Shown here piece after piece: positions 9,901 to 19,169 of a DNA stretch of 64,000 bases (position 1 is the first letter of the stretch; each line of letters starts with the position of its first letter). The stretch lies in contig JAHLKU010000006.1 of NCBI GenBank assembly GCA_020444505.1, positions 3,254 through 67,253 of the forward strand. Reading direction: 5' to 3'. This stretch comes from Actinomycetota bacterium. GTDB taxonomy: Bacteria > Actinomycetota > Acidimicrobiia > Spongiisociales > UBA11373. Position numbers and translations under genes: made by a program. Under the pieces are notes generated by a model. That model saw nothing but the letters and a program-made list of their open reading frames with translations, was not told the origin of the DNA and did no database searches.

Positions 9901-11888
9901 CCGCCGCCGGGCACCGCCGCCGGAGGGTCGCAGTCGTAGAGCGCCGCCCCGACGCCGCCTCCGTAGGCGGCGGGCGGCACGACGCTGCAGCGGCCAGCGA
10001 CCACCTGCGCCCACCCCTCCGCCCGGCCCCGGGACGGCGAGAGCAAGACGAAGCGCAACGCGCCGGAGTCGAGGTACCCCTCCAGTTCCTCCGTGGTCGG
10101 CGCCGGGTCGCCTCCGCTGAAGCCCCCCATGGCCATCACGGCCTCGCCGGTCTCCAGGATCAGGGCCGAGGCGGTGCCGCTGCCGACCGCCGCCGCAATC
10201 CAGGTCTCCCCGTCGTGAGCGTCCACGAGGAACCGGGCGAGCAGAGCCAGCCGTTGGCCGCCCCGGCCGGCGTCGTCCTGCGGCCCGCCGCTGGGGGCGG
10301 CGCCGGGCCGATCGGGTGCTCCCGCTCCCCCTCCGGGCCGGGGCCGCCCCTCTCCCATGGGGGGTGCCTCCTCGCCCGGCCGGGCGGCGGGGGCGGCGGG
10401 GACGGGACGCCCGGTCTCGCCGGGCCCCGCCTTCGGGTTGCCCCCGGAGTAGTCGGTGCCGATGGAGGCCAGGGCAAAGGAGACCGGTCCCGCCACCAGC
10501 ACCGCGCCCACTGCGGCCGCCGCGGCCCACCGGTGCCATCCCGCAGCGGGACGGGCTCGCACCAGAGGGATCGCCAGCCCGGCGAGGACGGCCGCGGCAA
10601 CGATCACCGTCCCCAGGCCCGGGGCGAAGTCGGGGGTCCGCCCCAGGACGACGGCCGACCACACCCCGGTGCCGGCCACCGCCAGCCCGAACGCCCAGGC
10701 GGCGGCAGCCGACCGCGCGGCGGCCCGCCACCACTCGACCACCCCTGCGCCCGCCAGGGCGGCCACCGGTGCGGCCAGGGTCATCACGTAGTACGGGTGG
10801 AAGACGCCCTCCATCAGGCTGAACGTGGCCATCTGCACGGCGAAGAAGGTGCCCCACATCAGCCACCCCGCCCGCTCGCCGTCGGTGCGCGGCGCCCGGC
10901 GTGCGCTCCACAGGCCCAAAACCAGCGACGCCGCCGCCAGCGGGATCAGCCAGGACACCTGGCCGCCCACCTCGCCGTTGAACACCCGGGCCCAGCCGCC
11001 GGTGCCGCCGAAGGGGTCCCCCGGCCCGACCCCGTCACCGGTGATCCTGCCCAGCCCGTTGATGCCGAACACGTACTCCCCGAAACCCCCGTTCTGCGTC
11101 TGCCCGAAGAAGGGCGCCGACGGCACCGCGACGGCCAGCACCACCCACCACCCGGCTGCGGCGACGGCGGCTCCCGCAGCAGCCGCCCCGTGCGCCAGCC
11201 TGCGCCGCAGCGGCACCGGGGCGGCCACCAGGTACACCACGGCCACGGCGGGCACCACCAGCAGCGCCTGCGTGGTCTTGGTGAGGAAGGCCAGGCCGAC
11301 CAGCGCGCCGGAGGCGGCCAGTCGCCGCACGCTGCCCTGCCGGGCCGCCGAGTACGCCAGCGCGGCGGACGACGTCAGCAGCAGCGTGAGGATGGCGTCG
11401 GGGTTGTTGTAGCGGGCCATCACCACGAACACCGGGGTGACGGCCAGCAGGCCGGCGGCGGCGAGCGCCGCGGCGGGGCCGTGCCAGCGGCGCACCGTCC
11501 GGTGCAGCACCAGCACCGTGCCCACCCCGGCGAGGGCATGCGGCACCAGCACGCTCCAGGAGGAGAGCCCGAACACCCGCACCGAGAGCCCACTCACCCA
11601 CAGCGACAACGGCGGCTTATCCACCGAGATGAAGGACGCAGTGTCCAGGGAGCCGAACAGCCAGGCGTGCCAGTCGAGCGAGCCGCTGTACGCCGCGGCG
11701 GCGTAGTACTCGTTGCCGTACCCGCTGGCGTCGAGCGACCACAGCAGCAGCACCGCCGACAGCGCCGTCACCCCCACCAGGCCGGGCCGCGCCCACCAGG
11801 GATCGGCCTCGGGGCCGCGCAGCCATCTCCGGACGCGGCCGGGCGGCGGCGCCGGCGGCCCGGGATCTCGGAACGGCGGAGCATCCAT
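9897..11888 (-). CDS. ArnT/PMT-family (GT-C fold) membrane glycosyltransferase
   Basis: GNEYYAAA, SVDKPPLSLW, RYNNPD, FHPYY, MAMGGFSGGDP; many TM helices. Confidence 0.88.
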   Translation of the reverse strand: MDAPPFRDPGPPAPPPGRVRRWLRGPEADPWWARPGLVGVTALSAVLLLWSLDASGYGNEYYAAAAYSGSLDWHAWLFGSLDTASFISVDKPPLSLWVSGLSVRVFGLSSWSVLVPHALAGVGTVLVLHRTVRRWHGPAAALAAAGLLAVTPVFVVMARYNNPDAILTLLLTSSAALAYSAARQGSVRRLAASGALVGLAFLTKTTQALLVVPAVAVVYLVAAPVPLRRRLAHGAAAAGAAVAAAGWWVVLAVAVPSAPFFGQTQNGGFGEYVFGINGLGRITGDGVGPGDPFGGTGGWARVFNGEVGGQVSWLIPLAAASLVLGLWSARRAPRTDGERAGWLMWGTFFAVQMATFSLMEGVFHPYYVMTLAAPVAALAGAGVVEWWRAAARSAAAAWAFGLAVAGTGVWSAVVLGRTPDFAPGLGTVIVAAAVLAGLAIPLVRARPAAGWHRWAAAAAVGAVLVAGPVSFALASIGTDYSGGNPKAGPGETGRPVPAAPAARPGEEAPPMGEGRPRPGGGAGAPDRPGAAPSGGPQDDAGRGGQRLALLARFLVDAHDGETWIAAAVGSGTASALILETGEAVMAMGGFSGGDPAPTTEELEGYLDSGALRFVLLSPSRGRAEGWAQVVAGRCSVVPPAAYGGGVGAALYDCDPPAAVPGGG

Positions 11889-11958
11889 GGCGCCAGGATC
11901 GGCCCGCGCTGTTCGAGAGCCTGCGCGCAACCCGTGAAGACCGTGTAAAACGGCACCC

Positions 11959-12456
11959 ATGCCGATGATGCCGCCCGACGCCAACCGGATGCAGGACGAT
12001 CACGCCCCCACCCCCTTCTCCGCCGCCGACATCGCCGCCGCCTGCGGGCCGGGCAGGGTCACCACCTACCGCGTGTCCCGGCAGGACGGCCCGACGGTGC
12101 TCCTGCGCTGGGAGTTCACCTCGGCGGACGACGAGGGCGCGGAGTCGGTATCAGAGACCTTCGACACCGAAGGCCGGTCCCTCGGCCCCGCCGAGACGTC
12201 CACCGCCCGCTGGGTGGACCTGCAGCGCCACGCCTCCACGCCGGCCGACCTCACCACCGTCGAGGCCGACGAGGTCGAGGTGCCTGCCGGCCGCTTCCGG
12301 TGCTGGCGCTACACGGTGCAGGGCGACGGCGGCCACTCGGTGTCGTGGTTCGCCGTCGGCCTCCCCGGCCCGCCCGTCCGCCGGATCGAGGTCAGGGACG
12401 GGGTGGAGGTGTCGGAGATGACACTGGTCGCGGTGGAGGACCCCCGCACCGGGTGA
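11959..12456 (+). CDS. Hypothetical protein (VPAGxF beta-rich, DUF3108-like)
   Basis: Coding-like ORF containing VEVPAGRFRCWRYTV; start may be any of ATG 11959/11965/11968. Confidence 0.6.
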   Translation: MPMMPPDANRMQDDHAPTPFSAADIAAACGPGRVTTYRVSRQDGPTVLLRWEFTSADDEGAESVSETFDTEGRSLGPAETSTARWVDLQRHASTPADLTTVEADEVEVPAGRFRCWRYTVQGDGGHSVSWFAVGLPGPPVRRIEVRDGVEVSEMTLVAVEDPRTG

Positions 12457-12459
12457 GCC

Positions 12460-12735
12460 TCAGCCGTCGGAGACCTCCCCCGGTTCCGGGTCGTCGCCGG
12501 AGTCGTCCTGGTCGCCCCGCGCCGCCTCCGAGGACCGCTCGTCGATGACGTGTTCCATGGACGGCTGGTAGATCGTCTCCAGCAGGCCCAGCGACCCGGT
12601 CCGTGCGGGGTGCGGGTTGTGCTTGTTGTAGATCCACCCCCGCTCGGCGAGCCACCGCGAACGCGACGCCCAGAAGACGAACGCGAGGAAGGCGAAGACC
12701 AGGACGATCGCAGCGACGGCCAGGAACCCCGACAT
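12460..12735 (-). CDS. Small single-pass membrane protein (DUF6191-like)
   Basis: N-terminal TM helix, IYQPSMEH segment and acidic DDSGDDP tail. Confidence 0.6.
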   Translation of the reverse strand: MSGFLAVAAIVLVFAFLAFVFWASRSRWLAERGWIYNKHNPHPARTGSLGLLETIYQPSMEHVIDERSSEAARGDQDDSGDDPEPGEVSDG

Positions 12736-12762
12736 CACGCCGCATCCTGGCACATCGGGCGG

Positions 12763-14730
12763 CTAGCGCCCCCCGGCCAGCCACTCCCGGATACGGGCGG
12801 CCACGTGCTCGGGGGTGAACCCGAAGTGCTCGGCGAGCACCCCGGCGGGCGCCGACGCCCCGAAGTGATCGATGCCGATCGACAGGCCGGCGCCCACGAT
12901 GCCTGCCCACCCGAAGGTGGAACCGGCCTCGATCGAAGCGACCGGCACCCCGGGGGGGAGCACCGAGGCCCGGTAGGCGTCGTCCTGGCCCTCGAACACC
13001 TCCACGCACGGCATGCTGACCACCCGCAGCGAGACGCCGTCTGCGTCCAGCAGGCCGGCGGCCGCGAGCGCCAGGCCGACCTCGGAGCCGGTGGCCACCA
13101 GCACGGCGTCGCCGCCGTCCCGCACCACGTAGCCGCCGCGATGGGCCGAGCCGGGCTCCCGCTCGAACTCGGGGACCCCCTGGCGGGTCAGCGCCAGGCA
13201 GGTGGGGCCGTCGGTGCGCGCCAGGGCCATCTCCCACGCCTCGGCCGTCTCGGACGCCGAGGCGGGCCGGATCACCCATGTGTTCGGCATCGCCCGCAGC
13301 GAGGCCAGGTGCTCGATCGGCTGGTGCGTGGGGCCGTCCTCCCCCAGGAAGAACGAGTCGTGGGTGAACACGAAGATGCTGGGCGCCCCCATGAGGGCGG
13401 CCAGGCGCAGCGACGGCCGCAGGTAGTCGCTGAACACCAGGAACGTGCCGCCGTAGGCGCGCAGCCCGCCGTGGAGGTTCATCCCGTTGACGGCGGCGCC
13501 CATGGCGTGCTCCCGCACCCCGAAGTGGAAGTTGCGGCCCCCCGGCGTGGCCGACTGGAACGCCGCTTCACCGTCGATCATCGTGTTGTTCGACGGCGCG
13601 AGGTCTGCCGAGCCGCCCACCAGCGCGGGCATCGCCGCGGCGACGGCGTTGATCACGAGGCCGGAGGCCTTCCGGGTGGCCATCTTCTCGCCCACCGCCA
13701 CCTCCGGCGCCGGCGCCTCCACCGGCTGCGGCTCCCAGTGCGCCGCCCACCGGCCGGCGAGGGCGGCGTCGGCGGCGAACGCCTCGGCCCGCCGCTGCTC
13801 CCAGGCGGCCCTGCGCCCGGCGTTGGCGGCCATCCGGTCGCGGAAGAGGCCGTACACCTCGTCGGGGACCTCGAAGTCGCCTCCGCTCCAGCCGAGCGCC
13901 TGCTTGGTCCGCACGATCTCCTCGGCGCCGAGCGGGCTCCCGTGGGCGGCGGCGGTGTCCTGCTTGGCGGGCGACCCGTAGCCGATGTGGGTGCGGCACG
14001 ACACCAGGGTCGGCCTGCCGTCGTCGCGCACGGCGTCGGTGATGGCCTCGTCCAGCGCGGCGTGGTCGTGCCCGTCCACCTCGAGCGTGGCCCACCCCAT
14101 CGCCCGCAGCCGGGCCGCCGGGTCCTCGGTGAACGCCAGCGACGTGCTCCCGTCGATGGAGATGCCGTTGTCGTCGTACAGCACCACCAGGCGACCCAGC
14201 CCGAGGTGGCCCGCCAGCGACGCCGCCTCCGACGAGACGCCCTCCATCAGGTCGCCGTCGCCGCAGAACACGTAGGTGCGGTGGTTCTGCAGCCCCTCGC
14301 CGAACACCTCCCTGAGGTGCGCCTCGGCGATCGCCATGCCGACGGCGGTGCCGAACCCCTGGCCGAGCGGTCCGGTGGTCATCTCGATGCCCAGGTGCGG
14401 CTCCCGCTCGGGGTGCCCGGCCGTCACCGACCCCCACTGCCGGAACCGGCGGAGGTCGTCCATGGCGAGATCGAACCCCGACAGGTGCGCCAGCGCGTAC
14501 AGCAGCATCGACCCGTGCCCGTTGCTGAGCACGAATCGATCCCGATCGGGCCAGGTGGGATCGGCAGGATCCACCACCAGGTGCCGCGTCCACAGCACCG
14601 TGGCGATGTCGGCCATCCCCATCGGCATGCCGGGGTGGCCGCTCTCGGCACGCTGCACGGCGTCCATGGCCAGCACCCGGAGGGTGGTGGCGGCGAGTTG
14701 ATCGACGTTGGTGGGTGCTCCGGTGCTCAC
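12763..14730 (-). CDS. tkt: Transketolase
   Basis: SGHPGMPMG, RDRFVLSNGH, GDGDLMEG, GSADLAPSN, FGVREHAM, GEDGPTHQP; RBS GGAGGAG before GTG 14730. Confidence 0.97.
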   Translation of the reverse strand: MSTGAPTNVDQLAATTLRVLAMDAVQRAESGHPGMPMGMADIATVLWTRHLVVDPADPTWPDRDRFVLSNGHGSMLLYALAHLSGFDLAMDDLRRFRQWGSVTAGHPEREPHLGIEMTTGPLGQGFGTAVGMAIAEAHLREVFGEGLQNHRTYVFCGDGDLMEGVSSEAASLAGHLGLGRLVVLYDDNGISIDGSTSLAFTEDPAARLRAMGWATLEVDGHDHAALDEAITDAVRDDGRPTLVSCRTHIGYGSPAKQDTAAAHGSPLGAEEIVRTKQALGWSGGDFEVPDEVYGLFRDRMAANAGRRAAWEQRRAEAFAADAALAGRWAAHWEPQPVEAPAPEVAVGEKMATRKASGLVINAVAAAMPALVGGSADLAPSNNTMIDGEAAFQSATPGGRNFHFGVREHAMGAAVNGMNLHGGLRAYGGTFLVFSDYLRPSLRLAALMGAPSIFVFTHDSFFLGEDGPTHQPIEHLASLRAMPNTWVIRPASASETAEAWEMALARTDGPTCLALTRQGVPEFEREPGSAHRGGYVVRDGGDAVLVATGSEVGLALAAAGLLDADGVSLRVVSMPCVEVFEGQDDAYRASVLPPGVPVASIEAGSTFGWAGIVGAGLSIGIDHFGASAPAGVLAEHFGFTPEHVAARIREWLAGGR

Positions 14731-14768
14731 TGCGGCTCCTCCCGCGGCCCCGACGGGCACGCGTGCGA

Positions 14769-15863
14769 CTACTCGACGATGCTCAGATCCCGGTCCGAGC
14801 GATTGAGACGCTCCCCGCCGTCCCCGGTGACGGCGACGATGTCCTCGATCCTCATCCCGAACGCACCCGGCACGTAGATGCCCGGTTCGACCGAGAAGGT
14901 GTTGCCCCGCTCCAGCGGCCTGCCGTTGCCCTCCACCACGTACGGGTCCTCGTGCACCTCGATGCCGATGCCGTGGCCGGTGCGATGGACGAAGAACTCC
15001 CCGAAGCCCCCGGCAGCGATGATCCCGCGGGCGATGCGGTCGATCTCCTCGGCCGGCACCCCCGGCGCCACCGCCTCCACGGCGGCGTCCTGAGCGGCCC
15101 GCAGGACGGCGAAGGCCTCGGCGTAGCGGGCCGGGGGCTCCCCGACGTGGAAGTTCCGGGTGGTGTCGCTGTAGTACCCGCCGAGACGGCCGCCGAAGTC
15201 CACGACCACGGCGTCCCCGTCGCCGATCTCCCTGCCCCCCGGCTCGTGGTGAGGCGACGCCCCGTTGGGGCCCGAGGCGACGATGGCGAACGCGGCCACG
15301 TCGTGGCCCTCCTCCACGAGCATCTCCCTCACCAGCCCTGCGATCTGGGCCTCGGTGCGGCCCCCGAAGCGCTCCGAGACCAGGCGGGCCGCCACCCGGT
15401 CGGCGGCGTGCCCCGCCCGGCGGAGCAGGTCGAGCTCCTGGTCGTCCTTGCGAATCCGCAACTCCGCCGTCAGCGGCGTCGCCGGGACGAACCGCGTCGC
15501 CGGCGACCGCTCCTGCATGGCGAGCAGGAACCGCGCCCAGGTGTGGTCGCCGATCGCAGCCACCTGCGGGGAGCCTGCCAGGCGCAGGGCGATCGCCACC
15601 GGGTCGTCGGTCTCGTCCCAGGCCAGGATCTCGAAGGCGCTGCGATCCACCACGGCGGGCGCCTCGAGACGCGGCACCACCAGCGTGGCATCGCCGGCGG
15701 CGGGGACGACCAGCATGGTGAGCCGCTCGAGTTGCGGGGCCTCGTACCCGGCGAGGTACGGCAGATCGGCGCCCACGGACACCATGAGCGCCCCCACGCC
15801 CCGGTCGGCCATCACGGCCCTGGCACGGTCGAGCCGGGCGGCGTAGTCGGCGTCGGGGAACAT
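14769..15863 (-). CDS. Xaa-Pro peptidase family (M24B, PepQ/PepE-like)
   Basis: GPNGASPHH, DFGG...SDTTR, HRTGHGIGIEVHE, EPGIY, GMRIED. Confidence 0.93.
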   Translation of the reverse strand: MFPDADYAARLDRARAVMADRGVGALMVSVGADLPYLAGYEAPQLERLTMLVVPAAGDATLVVPRLEAPAVVDRSAFEILAWDETDDPVAIALRLAGSPQVAAIGDHTWARFLLAMQERSPATRFVPATPLTAELRIRKDDQELDLLRRAGHAADRVAARLVSERFGGRTEAQIAGLVREMLVEEGHDVAAFAIVASGPNGASPHHEPGGREIGDGDAVVVDFGGRLGGYYSDTTRNFHVGEPPARYAEAFAVLRAAQDAAVEAVAPGVPAEEIDRIARGIIAAGGFGEFFVHRTGHGIGIEVHEDPYVVEGNGRPLERGNTFSVEPGIYVPGAFGMRIEDIVAVTGDGGERLNRSDRDLSIVE

Positions 15864-15894
15864 CACGGCGGAGGCTAGCGGCCGCCGGGCGCCG

Positions 15895-17532
15895 TCACGA
15901 CGCCGCCGCCCTGGCCTCCCTGGCGTGGTACGACGACCGCACCAGCGGGCCCGATTCGACGTGCGGCAGGCCGATCTCCCTGCCGTAGGCGGCGTACTCG
16001 TCGAACTCGTCGGGATGGACGTAGCGATCCACCGGACGGTGCCTCGCCGTGGGCCGCAGGTACTGGCCGATGGTGACGATGTCCACGCCCACCGCCCGCA
16101 GGTCGGCCAGTGCACCGAGCACCTCGTCCTTGGACTCCCCCATGCCGACGATCAGACCCGACTTGACGGCGCCGCCCGAGGTCATGCCCCGCGCCCGCCA
16201 CAGCAGGGCCAGCGACCTCCCGTAGGAGGCGGCGGTGCGGATGTCGCGCTGCAGGCGGACCACCGTCTCGGTGTTGTGGTTGAGCACCTCGGGCCGGGCC
16301 TTCATCACGGTGGCCAGCGCCTCCGGGTCGCCCTTGAAGTCGGGGATCAGCACCTCCACCTCGCACCCCGGCCGGGCGGCACGGATCTCCTCGATGCTGC
16401 GGGCGAAGACGGCGGCGCCGCCGTCGGGGAGGTCGTCGCGGTTCACCGAGGTGAGCACCGCGTGACTCAGGTCCATGGTGGCGATCGCCTCCGCCACGCG
16501 GCGCGGCTCGTCCTCGTCCACCTCGCCGGGGCGGCCGGTGGTGACGTCGCAGAACGAGCAGGCCCGGGTGCAGACGTCGCCGAGCAGCATGAACGTGGCG
16601 GTGCCGGCCGCCCAGCACTCGTAGATGTTGGGGCACGACGCCTCCTGGCACACCGTGTGCAGGTCGAGACCGTCCACCAGGCCCTTCAGGTCCCGGTAGG
16701 GCTGCCCCAGCTCGACCCTGGCCTTCATCCACCGGGGCTTCTCCGGCTCGCCGGGGAGCCTGCCCTTCATGGTGATCTGGATCTGCCCGGCCCGGTCGGG
16801 TGCGAACGAGCCGCCGGCGACCAGGCGGTCGATCTCGTAGTCGTCCGACCCCCTGCCGGTCCCGCGGCTGAAGGCGGCCATCTGGGTCTCGACGTCGCGG
16901 TACCCGAACGCCTCGGCGAACCGGGGCAGCAGCGCCTCGGCCGTCTCCTCGATGCTCACCCGCCGCCCGAGGACCTCGGACGCCGAGGTCACCGCCCGGT
17001 CGGTGATCCCGCACGGGTTGATGTGACCGAACCAGCCCAGGTCGGTGGAGGCGTTGACGGCGAACCCGTGCGTCGTGACCCGGCGGGAGGCCCGCACCCC
17101 GATGGCGGCGATCTTGCCCCGGTCGGTCCAGACGCCGGTGAGGCCCGGCTCGCGCCGGGCGGCGATGCCCAGGTCGCCGAGCGCCGCCACGATGGCCTCC
17201 TCCATCATCCGCACGTGGTCGGAGACGGCGGGGCGGCTCCCCAGGTGGCGGATGGGGTACCCCACCAGCTGCCCCGGGCCGTGGAAGGTGACGTCGCCGC
17301 CACGGTCCACCATGCGGACCTGTGCGCCCGCCTCCTCCAGCGCCCCCTGCGGCACCAGCACGTTGGCCCGGTCGCCGAAGCGGCCGACGGTGTAGACCGG
17401 CGGGTGCTCGAGGAGCAGCAGGTAGTCGTCGGGGGTGCGCCCCTCGACCCTGCCCTCGTGCAGGGCGCGCTGCAGGTCCCAGGCCTCGTCGTAGGGCAGC
17501 CGGCCCAGCCAGCGTGCCCGCAGCCGGGTCAC
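15895..17532 (-). CDS. lipA: Fused octanoyltransferase (LipB) - lipoyl synthase (LipA)
   Basis: N-terminal LEHPPVYTVG, RGGDVTFHGPGQ, KIAAIG, HGFA, PCG (LipB); C-terminal CQEASCPNIYEC, CTRACSFC, NHNTETV, GQYLRP, RSSY (LipA) in one ORF. Confidence 0.95.
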   Translation of the reverse strand: MTRLRARWLGRLPYDEAWDLQRALHEGRVEGRTPDDYLLLLEHPPVYTVGRFGDRANVLVPQGALEEAGAQVRMVDRGGDVTFHGPGQLVGYPIRHLGSRPAVSDHVRMMEEAIVAALGDLGIAARREPGLTGVWTDRGKIAAIGVRASRRVTTHGFAVNASTDLGWFGHINPCGITDRAVTSASEVLGRRVSIEETAEALLPRFAEAFGYRDVETQMAAFSRGTGRGSDDYEIDRLVAGGSFAPDRAGQIQITMKGRLPGEPEKPRWMKARVELGQPYRDLKGLVDGLDLHTVCQEASCPNIYECWAAGTATFMLLGDVCTRACSFCDVTTGRPGEVDEDEPRRVAEAIATMDLSHAVLTSVNRDDLPDGGAAVFARSIEEIRAARPGCEVEVLIPDFKGDPEALATVMKARPEVLNHNTETVVRLQRDIRTAASYGRSLALLWRARGMTSGGAVKSGLIVGMGESKDEVLGALADLRAVGVDIVTIGQYLRPTARHRPVDRYVHPDEFDEYAAYGREIGLPHVESGPLVRSSYHAREARAAAS

Positions 17533-19100
17533 GAGAGCTCGTGCTCCCAGTCCCAGGTCTCGATGGCGTCCTTGATGTGACGCAGGAACAGCACCGCCGC
17601 CGAGCCGTCGAACGCACGGTGGTCCCAGGTGAGCCCCAGGTTGCCGACGTGATGGATGGCGATGGCATCCATGCCCTGCTGGTCGGTGACCGCCACCGGC
17701 CGCTTCTGGACGGTGTCGGTGGACAGGATCGCCACGTTCGGCACGTTGATGATCGGCGCCGACATCAGCGATCCGAACGGGCCCGGGTTGGTGATGGTGA
17801 ACGTGCTGCCGGTGACGTCGTCGAGGCCGTACTCCCCCGATCGCGCCTTGCCGGCGACGGCGCGGATCTCGCGGGCGAGGCGCCGCATGCGCATGCTCTC
17901 GGCGCCGCGCACGGTCATCACGATCAGGCCCTCCTGGTCCAGGTCCACGGCGATGCCAAGATCCACCCGATCGTGCAGCACCCGCTGCTCCTCCTCCTGG
18001 AAGAAGGCGCTGTTGACCGCCGGAAACGCCTTGAGGGCGTCGACGGTGGCACGGGCGATGAACGGCAGGTAGGTGAGCGAGAACCCTTCGTCGGCCTTGT
18101 AGGCCGCCTTGTGGCGCTGCCGCACCTGCTCGACGCGCTCGAAGTCCACTTCCACCAGCGTCCAGACGTGGGCGGCGGTGCGACGGGACTCCACCATGTT
18201 GTCGGCGATCCGCTTGCGGAGCCGGCTGATGGATTCGACCCGGTCACCGGGGCGCAGCGGGATGCCGCGCGGTCCGGTGCCCTCGTCCCCCGCCGGAGCC
18301 GGGGCAGGGGCGGACGCAGGGGTAGTGGCGGGCGCAGAGGCAGGCGCTGCCGGCGCAGGAGCGGGCGCCGGGGCAGGCGCCGGGGCAGGCGCCGGGGCGG
18401 GGGCGGGCACTGCCGTGGGAGCCGTGCCGGCGGCACGGGCGTCGAGGTGCGCCTGCACGTCCTTGCGGGTGATCCTCCCGTCGAGGCCGGTGCCGGTGAC
18501 CAGCCTCAGATCGACGCCGTGCTCGGCGGCCAGTTTGCGGACCACCGGGGACAACAGGCCGAGATCACCGTCGGCGGGCACGATCTCGACCTCGGCCGTG
18601 GGCGTGGGCGCAGGGGCGGGCGCAGGAGCAGGGGCCGGCGCGGGTTCGGGCGCCGGAGCGGGCGCAGGAGCCGGGGCGGGCGCAGGCGCCGGTGCCGGAG
18701 CGGGCGCAGGAGCCGGGGCGGGCTCGGCAGCCGGAGCAGGAGCCGGGGCGGGCTCGGCAGCCGGAGCAGGAGCCGGGGCGGGCTCGGGCGCCGGCGCGGG
18801 CGTCGGGGCCGGGGCGGTCTCGGCAGCCGGCGCGGCGGCCGGGGCGGGCGCGGGTGCTTCGTCGGCGGTCGTGATGACGGCGAGCGGGGCGCCCACCTCC
18901 ACGGTGGTGCCCTCGGCGACGAGGATCTCCGCCACGACACCGGTGACCGGCGAGGGCACCTCGGTGTCCACCTTGTCGGTGGAGATCTCCACCAGCACTT
19001 CGTCCTGGGCGATCGTCTCGCCGGGCTGCTTCGCCCAGCGGAGGATCGTCCCCTCCGTGACCGTCTCGCCCAACTGGGGCATCGTCACCGTGAACGACAT
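17529..19100 (-). CDS. 2-oxoacid dehydrogenase E2, dihydrolipoamide acyltransferase (DlaT/SucB-like)
   Basis: One lipoyl domain (STDKVDTEV), E3-binding domain (GTGLDGRITRKDV), catalytic DHRAFDG. Confidence 0.93.
   Translation of the reverse strand: MSFTVTMPQLGETVTEGTILRWAKQPGETIAQDEVLVEISTDKVDTEVPSPVTGVVAEILVAEGTTVEVGAPLAVITTADEAPAPAPAAAPAAETAPAPTPAPAPEPAPAPAPAAEPAPAPAPAAEPAPAPAPAPAPAPAPAPAPAPAPAPEPAPAPAPAPAPAPTPTAEVEIVPADGDLGLLSPVVRKLAAEHGVDLRLVTGTGLDGRITRKDVQAHLDARAAGTAPTAVPAPAPAPAPAPAPAPAPAPAAPASAPATTPASAPAPAPAGDEGTGPRGIPLRPGDRVESISRLRKRIADNMVESRRTAAHVWTLVEVDFERVEQVRQRHKAAYKADEGFSLTYLPFIARATVDALKAFPAVNSAFFQEEEQRVLHDRVDLGIAVDLDQEGLIVMTVRGAESMRMRRLAREIRAVAGKARSGEYGLDDVTGSTFTITNPGPFGSLMSAPIINVPNVAILSTDTVQKRPVAVTDQQGMDAIAIHHVGNLGLTWDHRAFDGSAAVLFLRHIKDAIETWDWEHELS
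18600..18855 (-). repeat. Pro-Ala low-complexity linker in E2, including about 3 copies of a 30-nt unit
   Basis: ccggagcaggagccggggcgggctcggcag repeated around 18701-18787; a second PA tract lies near 18295-18410. Confidence 0.85.
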
Positions 19101-19169
19101 CGTCTCCTGCCTCCTGCCCTCGTCCCAGAGAGTGTACGGACCATCGCCTCGACGGCCGAGGTCATCCGC

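Noticed and set aside
18295-18855. Tandem repeats that might suggest a CRISPR array or VNTR element
   Set aside because: They encode Pro-Ala linkers of E2, stay in frame and have no unique spacers
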